This document shows positions 1 through 10,072 of a DNA stretch of 64,000 nucleotides, piece after piece (the first letter of the stretch is position 1; every line of letters begins with the position of its first letter). The notes under the pieces were generated by a model, which worked only from the letters and a program-made list of their open reading frames with translations, was not told the origin of the DNA and searched no databases. The stretch comes from an uncultured Nitrososphaerota archaeon (GTDB lineage Archaea; Thermoproteota; EX4484-205; JAAOZP01). The position numbers were made by a program, and so were the translations under genes. The DNA is taken from the NCBI GenBank assembly GCA_964416155.1, contig CAYQCW010000001.1, forward strand, positions 96,001-160,000, given 5' to 3'.

Positions 1-2
1 AC

Positions 3-932
3 CTAGGCGATTCCGAGTCTGCTGAAAAGTATAGGGAAGTTTTTGAAAAGGGTAGAGAAAACTTCAGCAGGCTATTGTGGAACGGCGAGTACTTCGTGCA
101 AAGGTTTCAAGGCGACCCCAATGTCAGGTATCAATTCGGAGAAGGGTGTCTCTCAGACCAGCTTCTCGGCCAATGGTTCAGCCATGCGGTTGGACTCGGA
201 TACCTTCTGCCGGAGGAACAGGTTAAATCCGCACTAATGGCTGTTTTCCGCTACAATTGGAAGGAAAGCCTTTTGGAACATGAGAACTGTCAAAGGACTT
301 ACGCTCTGAACGATGAGAGTGGACTGGTTCTCTGCTCCTGGCCTAAGGGCGGTAAACCAGACTATCCTTTTCCATACTGTGACGAAGTCTGGACGGGCAT
401 AGAGTACCAGGTGGCAGCCCACTTGATTTACGAGGGCTTTGTTAACGAGGGGCTTAAAATAGTCAAGGGAGTTAGGGATAGGTATGACGGTGTAAAGAGG
501 AACCCGTGGGACGAGGTTGAATGCGGCCACCATTATGCGAGAGCCATGTCAAGCTGGTCTCTGCTCCTAGCGTTAAGCGGGTTAGAGTATAGTGCTCCTG
601 AAAAGACAATAGGTTTCGCACCAAAAGTGTCTAAGGACAGCTTCAGATGCTTCTTCTCAACAGGGGGATGCTGGGGAAGCTACAGCAGAGAGCTTAGAGA
701 ACACAGCCAGAGAAACGTAATAGAGGTTCGCTATGGGACGCTTGAACTGCAGAAAGTTAAGCTGATCACTAACCAGCAATCAGACACGCTTTTAGCAGTA
801 AAGCACTCCAGCAAAGGAGAAGCAAACGCTGTTTTGAAAGTTGATGGAGAATATGCAACCATTATACTTGAAAAACCCGTTTTTCTTAACCCTGGGGATT
901 TCTTGGAAATAGTAATAAGCTCTTGTGAATAA
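3..932 (+). CDS. GH116 family glycoside hydrolase (non-lysosomal glucosylceramidase-like), C-terminal part; 5' end outside the window
   Basis: The frame is open from base 3 (LGDSESAEKYREVF...). Motifs CLSDQLLGQW, DEVWTGIEY and RNPWDEVECGHHYARAMSSW match the GH116 catalytic domain. Confidence 0.85.
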   Translation, partial: LGDSESAEKYREVFEKGRENFSRLLWNGEYFVQRFQGDPNVRYQFGEGCLSDQLLGQWFSHAVGLGYLLPEEQVKSALMAVFRYNWKESLLEHENCQRTYALNDESGLVLCSWPKGGKPDYPFPYCDEVWTGIEYQVAAHLIYEGFVNEGLKIVKGVRDRYDGVKRNPWDEVECGHHYARAMSSWSLLLALSGLEYSAPEKTIGFAPKVSKDSFRCFFSTGGCWGSYSRELREHSQRNVIEVRYGTLELQKVKLITNQQSDTLLAVKHSSKGEANAVLKVDGEYATIILEKPVFLNPGDFLEIVISSCE

Positions 933-1004
933 ATATCTAACATTGTTTTAGACGCGCTATTCCTCCGAATCTTTAAATAATGCTTCAGTTTCAATACGAT
1001 AAAG

Positions 1005-2009
1005 ATGAAGAGTCTAAAAATGGCCGTGATTGGCTGTGGCAACATTGCTAACTACGCGCATCTACCAAACTTGTTGAAAACCGGGCAGAAATTGGTCGCC
1101 ACATGCGACATAGTGGAGGAAAAGGCAAAGCAGACAGCTGAGAAGTTTAAAGCAGAAAAATGCTTCACAGACTACAGGAAAGTGGTTGAATTAAAGGATC
1201 TTGACGCGGTCATAATAGCTACCCCACCGGATACTCATAGAGAAATAGCGGTAGAGGCAATAAAAAACAACAAGCACGTGTTCCTAGAGAAGCCTTTAGC
1301 GGCAAACCTGGAGGATGCTTATGAAATATACAGCCTGTGGAAGAAGAGTACTGTGAAATTTGCAGTCGGTTTCTGTTTGAGACACCACGGGATGTTCAAG
1401 TATGCTAAGGAACTTGTTGAGAACAATACGGTGGGGGAACCGGTTGCACTCTGGAGAATAGCGATAGGAACCGCTATGGGTGTTTTGCCACCAATGGGGT
1501 GGTTAACCGATAAGAAGAGAAGCGGCGGAATGGTTGTTGAAAACACGATCCATATGATAGACGCGTTCAGATGGTTCGCTGGCAACATCACTTCAGTCAC
1601 AGCACATTATAAGACTGAGAGGAAAGGGATAAGTATCGAGGATAATGCTTACATAGTGTTTACTCATCAAAACAATGCTTTCTCCAGTGTGCTGCAAAGC
1701 TGGACTGCTACGCATACCTATGAATCATGGGGAATAGTTGGCAAAGAGGGTACTGTAAGTGTAAAAGGATACGTGATAGGAAGCATGGAGGTCAGCAGCA
1801 AGGGCAAAGGCTTGGAAGAAGTAGACATAAAGGAAGACCCTATAGTAATGTATGAGAGGGAGATGGAAGACTTTGTTAGAAGCGTATTGGAAGACAAACA
1901 TGTTTTCGCCACGCCGCTGGAGGGATTGAAAGCGATGGAAGCAGCGGTGGCCGCGGAGGAAAGCAGTAAAGAAAGGAAGCTTGTTAAGCTACCTTTGATA
2001 GATTATTAA
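1005..2009 (+). CDS. Gfo/Idh/MocA family oxidoreductase
   Basis: Motifs VIGCGNIA (Rossmann), LEKPLA and GG-VVENTIHMID. TATA-like TTTAAATA at 972-979. Confidence 0.9.
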   Translation: MKSLKMAVIGCGNIANYAHLPNLLKTGQKLVATCDIVEEKAKQTAEKFKAEKCFTDYRKVVELKDLDAVIIATPPDTHREIAVEAIKNNKHVFLEKPLAANLEDAYEIYSLWKKSTVKFAVGFCLRHHGMFKYAKELVENNTVGEPVALWRIAIGTAMGVLPPMGWLTDKKRSGGMVVENTIHMIDAFRWFAGNITSVTAHYKTERKGISIEDNAYIVFTHQNNAFSSVLQSWTATHTYESWGIVGKEGTVSVKGYVIGSMEVSSKGKGLEEVDIKEDPIVMYEREMEDFVRSVLEDKHVFATPLEGLKAMEAAVAAEESSKERKLVKLPLIDY

Positions 2010-2114
2010 AAACTGAGTGGCTGAATAATGGGCAATAGCATCCAAGAACATGTCTAACTCAATTAGTTGACAGCGCATTAAAAACATATAAAACTGGGCA
2101 AGAATGCTTACTGC

Positions 2115-4187
2115 ATGAAGACCAGTATAAACCGTTACGGTTTTACTTTGAACGATGAGAAGGTTGAATTTTTATCAGGAGAATTCCACTATTGGCGTGT
2201 CAAGATTGAAAACTGGGATAAAATAATGAATAGGCTGAGGGAAGCTGGTTTAAGGATCATATCCACCTACATACCGTGGGATTTCCATAAAATCGGGGGA
2301 GAATTCGATTTTGAAGGGGACACGGATCCTCAGAGAGCGTTGAATCACTTCATAGATCTCGTGGAGGAAAAAGGCTTCCTAATGATGATTAGACCTGGCC
2401 CCTACATTTATGCGGAATGGAAATACGGCGGGGTTCCTGAGGAGGCGTTTAGACATCACAGGTTCAGTGAAGAATTCAGGAGGCTTGCGTCAAACTATAT
2501 AAGAAAAGTATGTGAGAAATCCATAGTCCCAAACCAAGCCACCAAGGGGGGACCAATATTTGTTCTTCAGGTGGATAATGAGGTCGACCCGTGGGTAAGA
2601 TACTATCGAGACCAACTCGGGTTATCCAGAGGGAAAGGACCCTTCAAAGACTTTCTAGCGGAGAAATACGGGGAGATCGAAAGGCTGAACAATGCTTGGG
2701 GTTGCGATTACACAAGCTTTGAGGAAGCAGAGGCCTATGAGGAACACCCTTTAGCAAGAGGAAACAGGGAGCCTGAGAACCTACTCCGGTACTTAGATTA
2801 CAGGGCTTTTCTGGATTGGAGTGTTGAACAAATAATATCCTGGACAAGGGACGAGTATAGGAGAAATGGTGTTGAGATACCTATGCTGGTAAACACTTAC
2901 GACGACCCGACTTTTCACGATCTGACGAGATTAAGCAGGATTGTTGACCTGCCCTGTATGGACATTTACTTGAAGAAGCATTTGCCTAAAAGCGAAATGA
3001 TGAAGCTTTCATATTGGGTTAGGGCTTATGCTGCCCACACCGTTTACCCGATCGCGACGGAATTCCAATCTGGAATCTGGACTGATGCTCTGTATTCAAC
3101 AGGACCCATCGATGGCACGCATGAAAGACTGTTGGGATTGTTAGCAATGGCATGGGGCCTGAAAGGATGGAACTGGTACATGGCTGTTGGAAGAGATAAC
3201 TGGACGTGTGCACCGGTAAACGAATGGGGGCTGATAAACCCGGATGTGTATCTATCTATCCAAGAGCTATCAAAAACATATAGACTTGTTAAGCCCTACA
3301 ACCTTGAAAAAATAACCTCTATCGCACTGGTCTACTACAGACCGGAGATGTTGCTGAGACACCCGTCTGAAGTAATCTCAGAAAGATGGAATTGGGGACG
3401 CTGCTTCTCCAGCCTTCATAAAGCAGGGCTAGATTTCACATTCTACAATCCTGAGGCTGACCGTGAAAAAAGGCCACTTCTGATTTATGCTGGAGATGGG
3501 CTAATGTGGGCGAGAGATGCGGAAAACCTCGCCAAGTCTTGCTACGAGGGATGCCACATTATCTTCTTCCGAAAAATACCGGTTACCGATTTTGCCCGCA
3601 GAGAAGTTAAAGAATTCTCAGAGATGCCTAGGCCGGTCGGAAGCAGGGCGGAACCAAGGGGTTCCCCCATGGTCCTCCAGATATCTTTCAAAAACCTGAG
3701 GAGGAAGATAAGGACATTAAGCTTCCAGTTCTTCGACCAGCAATGGGAGGAAGCCTTAACGATATCTGGGGCCGGGGTGAAATCACCATACGTTGACGTC
3801 GTGCCGACGTTAAAGGAACATGTAGTTGGATTAACGAGAAAAAATGGAGAAGGCAGGATTACAATAATCGGGCTGGATCCAGGCGTATCCTTGTTGAAAT
3901 TCCTGATAGAGGCTTTCAACATTAAGCTGCCGGCGAGGACAACCTCGCCAATGTCCTTTGCTTCACTGCATAAAGACGCTGAAAATGGAAGGTATGTTGC
4001 TTTCGCCATAAACACTGCACCCTACAGGCAAATTGTTTCAACAAAGCTAAACCTGCCCCCCGGAAGCTTCAATTTCAGAGAGTTGAGATCAGGGAAAAGA
4101 GGAACCATAGAGGGAGGAGAAGTTGAGTTGTGCCAACTGATAGGGCCTAAAAATGCAGAGATCACCGAGCTTACTGAGAAAAAATGA
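2115..4187 (+). CDS. GH35 (GH35/GH42-like) beta-galactosidase family glycoside hydrolase
   Basis: Motifs SGEFHYWR, STYIPWDFH, RPGPYIYAEW, QVDNE (acid/base) and ATEFQSG (nucleophile). Confidence 0.85.
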   Translation: MKTSINRYGFTLNDEKVEFLSGEFHYWRVKIENWDKIMNRLREAGLRIISTYIPWDFHKIGGEFDFEGDTDPQRALNHFIDLVEEKGFLMMIRPGPYIYAEWKYGGVPEEAFRHHRFSEEFRRLASNYIRKVCEKSIVPNQATKGGPIFVLQVDNEVDPWVRYYRDQLGLSRGKGPFKDFLAEKYGEIERLNNAWGCDYTSFEEAEAYEEHPLARGNREPENLLRYLDYRAFLDWSVEQIISWTRDEYRRNGVEIPMLVNTYDDPTFHDLTRLSRIVDLPCMDIYLKKHLPKSEMMKLSYWVRAYAAHTVYPIATEFQSGIWTDALYSTGPIDGTHERLLGLLAMAWGLKGWNWYMAVGRDNWTCAPVNEWGLINPDVYLSIQELSKTYRLVKPYNLEKITSIALVYYRPEMLLRHPSEVISERWNWGRCFSSLHKAGLDFTFYNPEADREKRPLLIYAGDGLMWARDAENLAKSCYEGCHIIFFRKIPVTDFARREVKEFSEMPRPVGSRAEPRGSPMVLQISFKNLRRKIRTLSFQFFDQQWEEALTISGAGVKSPYVDVVPTLKEHVVGLTRKNGEGRITIIGLDPGVSLLKFLIEAFNIKLPARTTSPMSFASLHKDAENGRYVAFAINTAPYRQIVSTKLNLPPGSFNFRELRSGKRGTIEGGEVELCQLIGPKNAEITELTEKK

Positions 4188-4433
4188 TTCTTCTCTGGTT
4201 TATAGGGTATGAGGATTAACATCAGCCTGGGCTAGTTGGCCTTTCTAAATATTGACTGAGAATACGTTGTGATTTCGCTCATAAGACCGGTTTCCCGAGA
4301 ATGGATTAACGAATAACCCTTAATAGATTACGAGGTCTAAACTCTTCCTAGCAGCTCGTCTCAGAATTAACACCAACCTCACAGACATTCCCCTATATGC
4401 ATATATAGGTGTGAAGACCATTTTAGCTATACG

Positions 4434-5858
4434 ATGTTTCTCGAGAGTAAGATAGAGCGACTCATACGCTGGTTTATACATCACCCACTGTTATTAGGTT
4501 TATTAAGCCTAGCTTGGCTCATAATGCGTTCAGGAACAAGACCCCATAGGTTAGCATATCCGTGTCAAAGGGCAGCTTTAGCCTACAGTGCGATACTTAT
4601 AGCTCCAGTATTCTCAATATTCAATTATTTTCTTAAAGAGCTTAGATTGGTTGCCGGAAGAAGAACAGTTACAATCATGTTAACAACGATTTTGGCTACA
4701 GCTTCATTCTTAATGTTTTACTGGCACACCGTAAATAAACCTATTCAGCAAAAGCCCTCGCTTAAACTTGCTCCTCAAACAGCAATAATTCATCCGGCGT
4801 CCGAGATATTCGTCGTAAACGGGAGCATGGCTAAACTAATAAGCCTTATGGGTTCTAAGGGGCTTTTCTTCTACGACTCCCAGCCGGTTGGTGTTAATAG
4901 CGGTCCGGGTGGATTAATCAAGAGGAATGATGTAGTAATAATTAAAGTCAACTGTCAGTGGGATCAGAGAGGGGGCACCAATACAGACCTTCTGAAGGAG
5001 CTAGTAGATCTTATACTTAAACATCCTGAAGGCTTCACAGGAGAAATAGTGGTGGCAGACAACGGTCAAGGTAGGGGTAGCTTGAATTGGAAGAGGAACA
5101 ATGCTGTAAACGAGTCGCAGTCGGTGGAGGCTGTAGTAGCCCTATACTCAGATAAGCATAAAGTTTCAACCTATCTCTGGGATAACATCGCCAGCAAACA
5201 GGTAGAGGAATACATCAATGGCGATCTTCAAGACGGCTATGTTGTCTCACCAGTTTCAGACCCGGAAACCGGCGTAAAAGTTTCTTATCCCAAGTTCAGA
5301 ACAAAAACAGGTACTTATATCAGCTTCAAACATGGGATATGGGATCCTGAATCTGGCACTTACGATTCGAGCAGATTGAAAGTGATAAACTTTCCCGTTT
5401 TGAAAACTCATTCAATATACGGGGTCACAGGTGCGGTTAAACACTACATGGGTGTTGTATCCCAACCACTGACTGACACTCATAGTCTGATCGGTAGGGG
5501 AGCATTGGGAAAAGTGATGGCTGAGACTAGGATCCCTGTGCTTAACATACTGGATGCGGTATGGGTTAACGCGATACCTAGGAATGGCCCCGGCACATCC
5601 TATGAAGAGGCTACCGAGACGGGTCTCGTAATGGCTAGCATCGACCCAGTGGCACTAGATTACTGGGCCTCTAAACAAGTACTTCTGCAACTAGCTAGGC
5701 TCATGAATTATCGTTACAGTGAATCCGTGGATCCTGACAATGATACATCGGATTTTGGAAATTATCTGAAAAAATCACTCGAACAACTTAAGACTGCGGG
5801 TTACGATTTCACCATGGACGCGAATAGGATCACGGTTCACATAGCTGACTACGGATAG
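4434..5858 (+). CDS. DUF362 domain protein with N-terminal membrane segments
   Basis: DVVIIKVN, IVVAD, INFPVLKTH, GVTGAVKHYMG and SIDPVALD follow the DUF362 pattern. The N-terminus is hydrophobic. Confidence 0.75.
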   Translation: MFLESKIERLIRWFIHHPLLLGLLSLAWLIMRSGTRPHRLAYPCQRAALAYSAILIAPVFSIFNYFLKELRLVAGRRTVTIMLTTILATASFLMFYWHTVNKPIQQKPSLKLAPQTAIIHPASEIFVVNGSMAKLISLMGSKGLFFYDSQPVGVNSGPGGLIKRNDVVIIKVNCQWDQRGGTNTDLLKELVDLILKHPEGFTGEIVVADNGQGRGSLNWKRNNAVNESQSVEAVVALYSDKHKVSTYLWDNIASKQVEEYINGDLQDGYVVSPVSDPETGVKVSYPKFRTKTGTYISFKHGIWDPESGTYDSSRLKVINFPVLKTHSIYGVTGAVKHYMGVVSQPLTDTHSLIGRGALGKVMAETRIPVLNILDAVWVNAIPRNGPGTSYEEATETGLVMASIDPVALDYWASKQVLLQLARLMNYRYSESVDPDNDTSDFGNYLKKSLEQLKTAGYDFTMDANRITVHIADYG

Positions 5859-5972
5859 GGCTATGCGTAGTAAGTATTCAGAATAGAGTAAACAATGTTA
5901 CATATTGCCGGTTCTCTTCCAAAAGAATATTAGTTAACTTGTAAGCTTAGGCTGCTTAAAGAGGACTGAGCG

Positions 5973-6803
5973 CTAGTGTTCTGTAGTTATATCGATATAG
6001 CCTTTTCTCCTTATTAGCACATCGGCAAACCTGAAGATAGCTAACGATAATGCGAAAATTATTACAGCTTTTAAAACTTGGTACAAGATTATTGTTGAAA
6101 CATCAGGAGTACCGATGCCAAAGATTGCGAACCTCATTAGGGCCATCCAATCCTTCAGAGGTAGTCCCACAGCCATAGAATAGGCCCAGCTAGGCAATTG
6201 CTCTGAGGGGAACAAAACGTCGCCAAATATCATGAGAAAACTGTCGAAGCTTATCGCTATAACGGTACCGTATTCGGAGGAGAATAAGGATATTGCAGAA
6301 GCAATTGCACCCAGTGAAGAAGACCACAGTACGGCAATCAGTATTCCGATAAGAATAAGGGGAATGTTTAGTGAGAAGCTGCGAAAACCTATGAGGGTTG
6401 AGCCGACGGTTATCGTGACTACCATGAGGAAAACTCCCAATATGTAGCCGAATAGGCCCCTACTGATTAAATACTCTTGCAGCCTTGGATGTGATATGTA
6501 AACGTACTTCAATGTCTCATAATGTTCTCGTTCTTCATGCACCACCCAGGCCACGCTGGACATACCGCTAACTATGAACTGGTAGAGGGCAGATCCACCT
6601 ACGACGTATAATGCTGCCTCAAGGTTCCACGCGTCAGTATAGATTGCGAACGCTAAATAGATGTAAACGTAGATTAGCGTGCCGAAAATGGGTCTTACTA
6701 ACACGTAACCCAAATAGACCATAGGATGCGTCCAGTTGCTTGACTCAAGCCATGTGAGCCGGATCGAGGCAAATACTCTTCTTAGTAACCGTGTTACCTC
6801 CAA
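5973..6803 (-). CDS. ABC-2 type exporter permease
   Basis: About six hydrophobic segments and an EERE...TLKY motif. In an operon with an ABC ATPase. Confidence 0.8.
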   Translation of the reverse strand: MEVTRLLRRVFASIRLTWLESSNWTHPMVYLGYVLVRPIFGTLIYVYIYLAFAIYTDAWNLEAALYVVGGSALYQFIVSGMSSVAWVVHEEREHYETLKYVYISHPRLQEYLISRGLFGYILGVFLMVVTITVGSTLIGFRSFSLNIPLILIGILIAVLWSSSLGAIASAISLFSSEYGTVIAISFDSFLMIFGDVLFPSEQLPSWAYSMAVGLPLKDWMALMRFAIFGIGTPDVSTIILYQVLKAVIIFALSLAIFRFADVLIRRKGYIDITTEH

Positions 6804-7652
6804 TTACATCCACCTCATTGTTAGACTTCCATCTTCCTTACCCCTGCGTTCCATTAACCTCAGTATGTAGTAGGATAGTATGAATGTGGAGACGCCGAGT
6901 GCTAGCAGCAGCATTAGGTGGAGCCTTAGGTCAGCGAGGGAAGAGCCCAGTATTAGTGAGAGCCTTACGCCGTCTATTCCTATGGTTATGGGTATAAGGC
7001 TGGCAATAAGCTGTAAAACAGCGGGCAGAGCCCTAAGAGGATAATACTGCCCCGATAGAAAAGTTATGGGTTCCTGCATTAGTTCTGTAAGCCTCCAGCC
7101 GCTGCGTCCCAGCTTAAGGAAGAGTGATGCGAAACACATGCCTAAGGAGTAAAGGGCAAATATTGTTAGGCTGAAGACAGCCAGTGCAGGTAGAATGCCG
7201 TCTACGTTAAACTTTGCATCGAATATTACAATCCCGATTATAACGGTTGCCATGGCTCTTATGGTCGTGTTAAACATGCCTCCGAGTGCAATGCCTAAAA
7301 GTATTCCTTGCAGCGGAGAGGGCGTTATCAGTATTTTCTCCAAGTTGCCACGCTCCTTTTCCCAATAGAAGTTCATGCCAATTCCCCACAGCACGTTGAA
7401 CCAGTAGGAGAACATTGCTCCCCCTAATATTACGAAACCCACGAAAGCTTTAGGCGCTCCGAGGAAACTGTAAGTGTAGACGATCGCAGCTATTCCGAGC
7501 AGAGGCATGAATACCTCGAAGACCAGCCAGCTGAGCTCCCTGTTGCCTCCCTTGATCCTTATGTAACACCTGGCGAAGGCCGACTTCAAGAATAGTTTCA
7601 AAATCCTATTCAACGAGACCCACTCCAACCTTTGTGAGAAATACGTCTTCAA
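6804..7652 (-). CDS. ABC-2 type exporter permease (true start probably TTG at 7613)
   Basis: Motifs WEKERGNLEKILITP and FLSGQYYP, with multiple TM segments. Confidence 0.85.
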   Translation of the reverse strand: MKTYFSQRLEWVSLNRILKLFLKSAFARCYIRIKGGNRELSWLVFEVFMPLLGIAAIVYTYSFLGAPKAFVGFVILGGAMFSYWFNVLWGIGMNFYWEKERGNLEKILITPSPLQGILLGIALGGMFNTTIRAMATVIIGIVIFDAKFNVDGILPALAVFSLTIFALYSLGMCFASLFLKLGRSGWRLTELMQEPITFLSGQYYPLRALPAVLQLIASLIPITIGIDGVRLSLILGSSLADLRLHLMLLLALGVSTFILSYYILRLMERRGKEDGSLTMRWM

Positions 7653-8577
7653 GCGTTGGGACAGCCCTCTTGAGGGAAAGCACTGATACGCCCTTGTTTA
7701 CAAGTTCCTTGATGACTTCATCGATGTCTGCGTCAACCAACACTAGCCTCATCTTCGAGAAGCCTGTCTCCGGATCGTGTCTCAGAGATGCTTTAATGCC
7801 CACGATACCCCTTAACAAGGATTCCAAGTTCCCCTCGTATTTACACTCTATTTCAAAAACCTTCTCAGGGTTTGCTCTCTCCACGAGTTCTCGAGGCGAC
7901 CCTAGGGCTATTATCTTGCCTTTGTGGATTATAGCTATCCTATCGCAAAGCTCCTCAGCCTCAGCCATGTAGTGCGTCGTCAAAAGGATGGTTCTACGAG
8001 GGCCTTCATCTATCCAATGCCTTACGAACCTTCTTATTTCCCGTGCAGCCGCAACATCCAGTCCTAAAGTAGGCTCATCTAAGAAAAGAACCTTAGGGTC
8101 GTTTACCAGGCCTCTCGCTAAATGGAACTTCTGAAACATGCCTGTCGAAAGCTTATTTAACCTGACATCGGCAAAATCGCCCATTGAAAGAGACTGGACA
8201 AGCATATCGATCCTTCTTTTCGCCTCTCCACCATCGAAACCATAGAGCTGAGAAAAGAACCAAAGGTTCTCCCTAACCGTCAACATGCCGTAGCCGGACG
8301 ATTCTCCTCCGGAAACCACGTTTATAATCTCCCTTATCTTACCATACTCCTTCTCAACATCATAGCCGTGCACATACGCCTTCCCCCGCGTGGGGGAAAG
8401 CAGGGTGCAAAGTATCTTTATCAGAGTTGTCTTGCCGGCTCCATTCGGCCCTAGCAACCCGAATATTTCGCCTTCATCAACCTCTATGTTTATTTTATCC
8501 AGCGCCGTTATCAGCTCCGATTTTTCTCTCTTGAAAACTCTAGTCAAGTCGATTGTCCTTATCGCTGCCGTCAACAC
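7606..8577 (-). CDS. ABC transporter ATP-binding protein
   Basis: Walker A GPNGAGKTT, signature LSTGM, Walker B LFLDEPT and H-loop TTHYM. Confidence 0.95.
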   Translation of the reverse strand: MLTAAIRTIDLTRVFKREKSELITALDKINIEVDEGEIFGLLGPNGAGKTTLIKILCTLLSPTRGKAYVHGYDVEKEYGKIREIINVVSGGESSGYGMLTVRENLWFFSQLYGFDGGEAKRRIDMLVQSLSMGDFADVRLNKLSTGMFQKFHLARGLVNDPKVLFLDEPTLGLDVAAAREIRRFVRHWIDEGPRRTILLTTHYMAEAEELCDRIAIIHKGKIIALGSPRELVERANPEKVFEIECKYEGNLESLLRGIVGIKASLRHDPETGFSKMRLVLVDADIDEVIKELVNKGVSVLSLKRAVPTLEDVFLTKVGVGLVE

Positions 8578-8605
8578 TACTGTTCCTCCTAATGATCTTT
8601 TTTAG

Positions 8606-9118
8606 TCAAATAACCAGCAATAATCCAAAGTACTTAGGCTTTTCCTTGCGCGTCTTCACAACCTCTACCGTGAAACCGGCTCCTCTCGCTGTCGCGTACA
8701 CATCTATGCCACATGCCTCCATCGACGGCCTTGCAAGTTCAGGGTGGACACAACTCTTTAGGTTGCATTCCTTACAGAATGGGCAGGGTCCGGCTGCCAG
8801 TCCGAATGCCGAGTAATACCCGGATAGGAATGCATCCCGCTCCAGTTTCGTAACCGCCTTATGTACATTCCCCGACTCGGGCTCGAACCGCAACAATATT
8901 GCTGAAGAATAGCCGCTCAGGATTCTTCTCATCTGCTCCGGGGTTGGCGAGTATGGAGGGCATGTGAGGCGTTTACCATAACCACCGCATCCATACTGGC
9001 ATTTTAGCCTAACCCAGTCCCTCACCACCACATCGCTAGCTTTAATCACTTTCGCTTCAGCTGCCCCGAACCTTACTGCCGTTTCACAGAGCTCCTCAAG
9101 AGTCTTGTATATAGTCAT
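8606..9118 (-). CDS. DUF2284 family predicted metal-binding protein
   Basis: Cys pattern KCQYGC...TCPPY, GPCPFCKEC and C...RPSMEACGIDV. Confidence 0.8.
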   Translation of the reverse strand: MTIYKTLEELCETAVRFGAAEAKVIKASDVVVRDWVRLKCQYGCGGYGKRLTCPPYSPTPEQMRRILSGYSSAILLRFEPESGNVHKAVTKLERDAFLSGYYSAFGLAAGPCPFCKECNLKSCVHPELARPSMEACGIDVYATARGAGFTVEVVKTRKEKPKYFGLLLVI

Positions 9119-9181
9119 AACTTTGCGTTTTGCTTATCACTGCCTATATATCTTTCTGTATGGGAATGGCTTGACAGTAGC

Positions 9182-9991
9182 TTATTCTTCTTTCAACGCA
9201 GCAAAAACTTCCTTGAGGAATGCTTCTCTATCGTCGAGTATGAATGTTCTTATGAGCCTACCGTTTACAATTAAACCTTCAGAAATACCGCGTTTCTCAG
9301 CCTCAGCAGGCTCCTCAGAACTGTTTATCCACCTGACGTGCAGACCTTGCACAGCCTTCCCTATTTCTTGCTCAGACTTCTTTAGGAAAAAGTAGGACCA
9401 TGGACAGAAGGAGGGGCTGTACATTATCACCACCTTGCCCTTGTCATCCTCCTGCGGCATGTAAACCGACTCCCTTTGCTTAATTGGCCGGTAGACGAAA
9501 CTCTGTTTAAGAGGATAGTAGAGCATGCTAGGGTCTTCCTCCACCTGTTTGAAACCCATGTCTTTAAAGAAGTCCCTAGCTGGATACTGGCCGGGCATCT
9601 CCCCTGGAAAAGGACGGGTCACAAGCGCCGACGCTGGTTCACCGCCGAACCAGCTTTTTGGATGCCTCATGTCATCGATAAGACTTGACAATAGCCGTCT
9701 ACCAACACCCTTTCTCCAGTGCTTCCCGTGTGGAACAAATATACAAGTAATGTAAACAACCATCTCCTCAGGAATTGGAGCGTATTGGATTAATCCTGCT
9801 GGAGTACCCTCCAAGTAAGCGATTTTGGCAACCGAACCACACTGCTTAAGCATATCCATCGCCCAAATTTTCTTCAGTTCAACACCCTTCATGAAGCTCG
9901 GATCAGCCTGCCTCTCCGATGGAACGCATAGCCTGCAAAGATCATCCAGATTACTCTCAGTCGCTTCAACAATCCTTATAGCCTCTTCCAT
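9182..9991 (-). CDS. GNAT family N-acetyltransferase (YoaP-like C-terminal domain)
   Basis: ITCIFV...WRKGVGRRLL acetyl-CoA motif and FFKDMGF. C-terminal FCPW thioredoxin-like domain. Confidence 0.75.
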   Translation of the reverse strand: MEEAIRIVEATESNLDDLCRLCVPSERQADPSFMKGVELKKIWAMDMLKQCGSVAKIAYLEGTPAGLIQYAPIPEEMVVYITCIFVPHGKHWRKGVGRRLLSSLIDDMRHPKSWFGGEPASALVTRPFPGEMPGQYPARDFFKDMGFKQVEEDPSMLYYPLKQSFVYRPIKQRESVYMPQEDDKGKVVIMYSPSFCPWSYFFLKKSEQEIGKAVQGLHVRWINSSEEPAEAEKRGISEGLIVNGRLIRTFILDDREAFLKEVFAALKEE

Positions 9992-10072
9992 CGGGGGATT
10001 GAGCGTTTACTTCCATTTAAGAGTTGCTTAGAATTTTATTTAATCATGCTAATTGCTCCATGAAAACATTTT

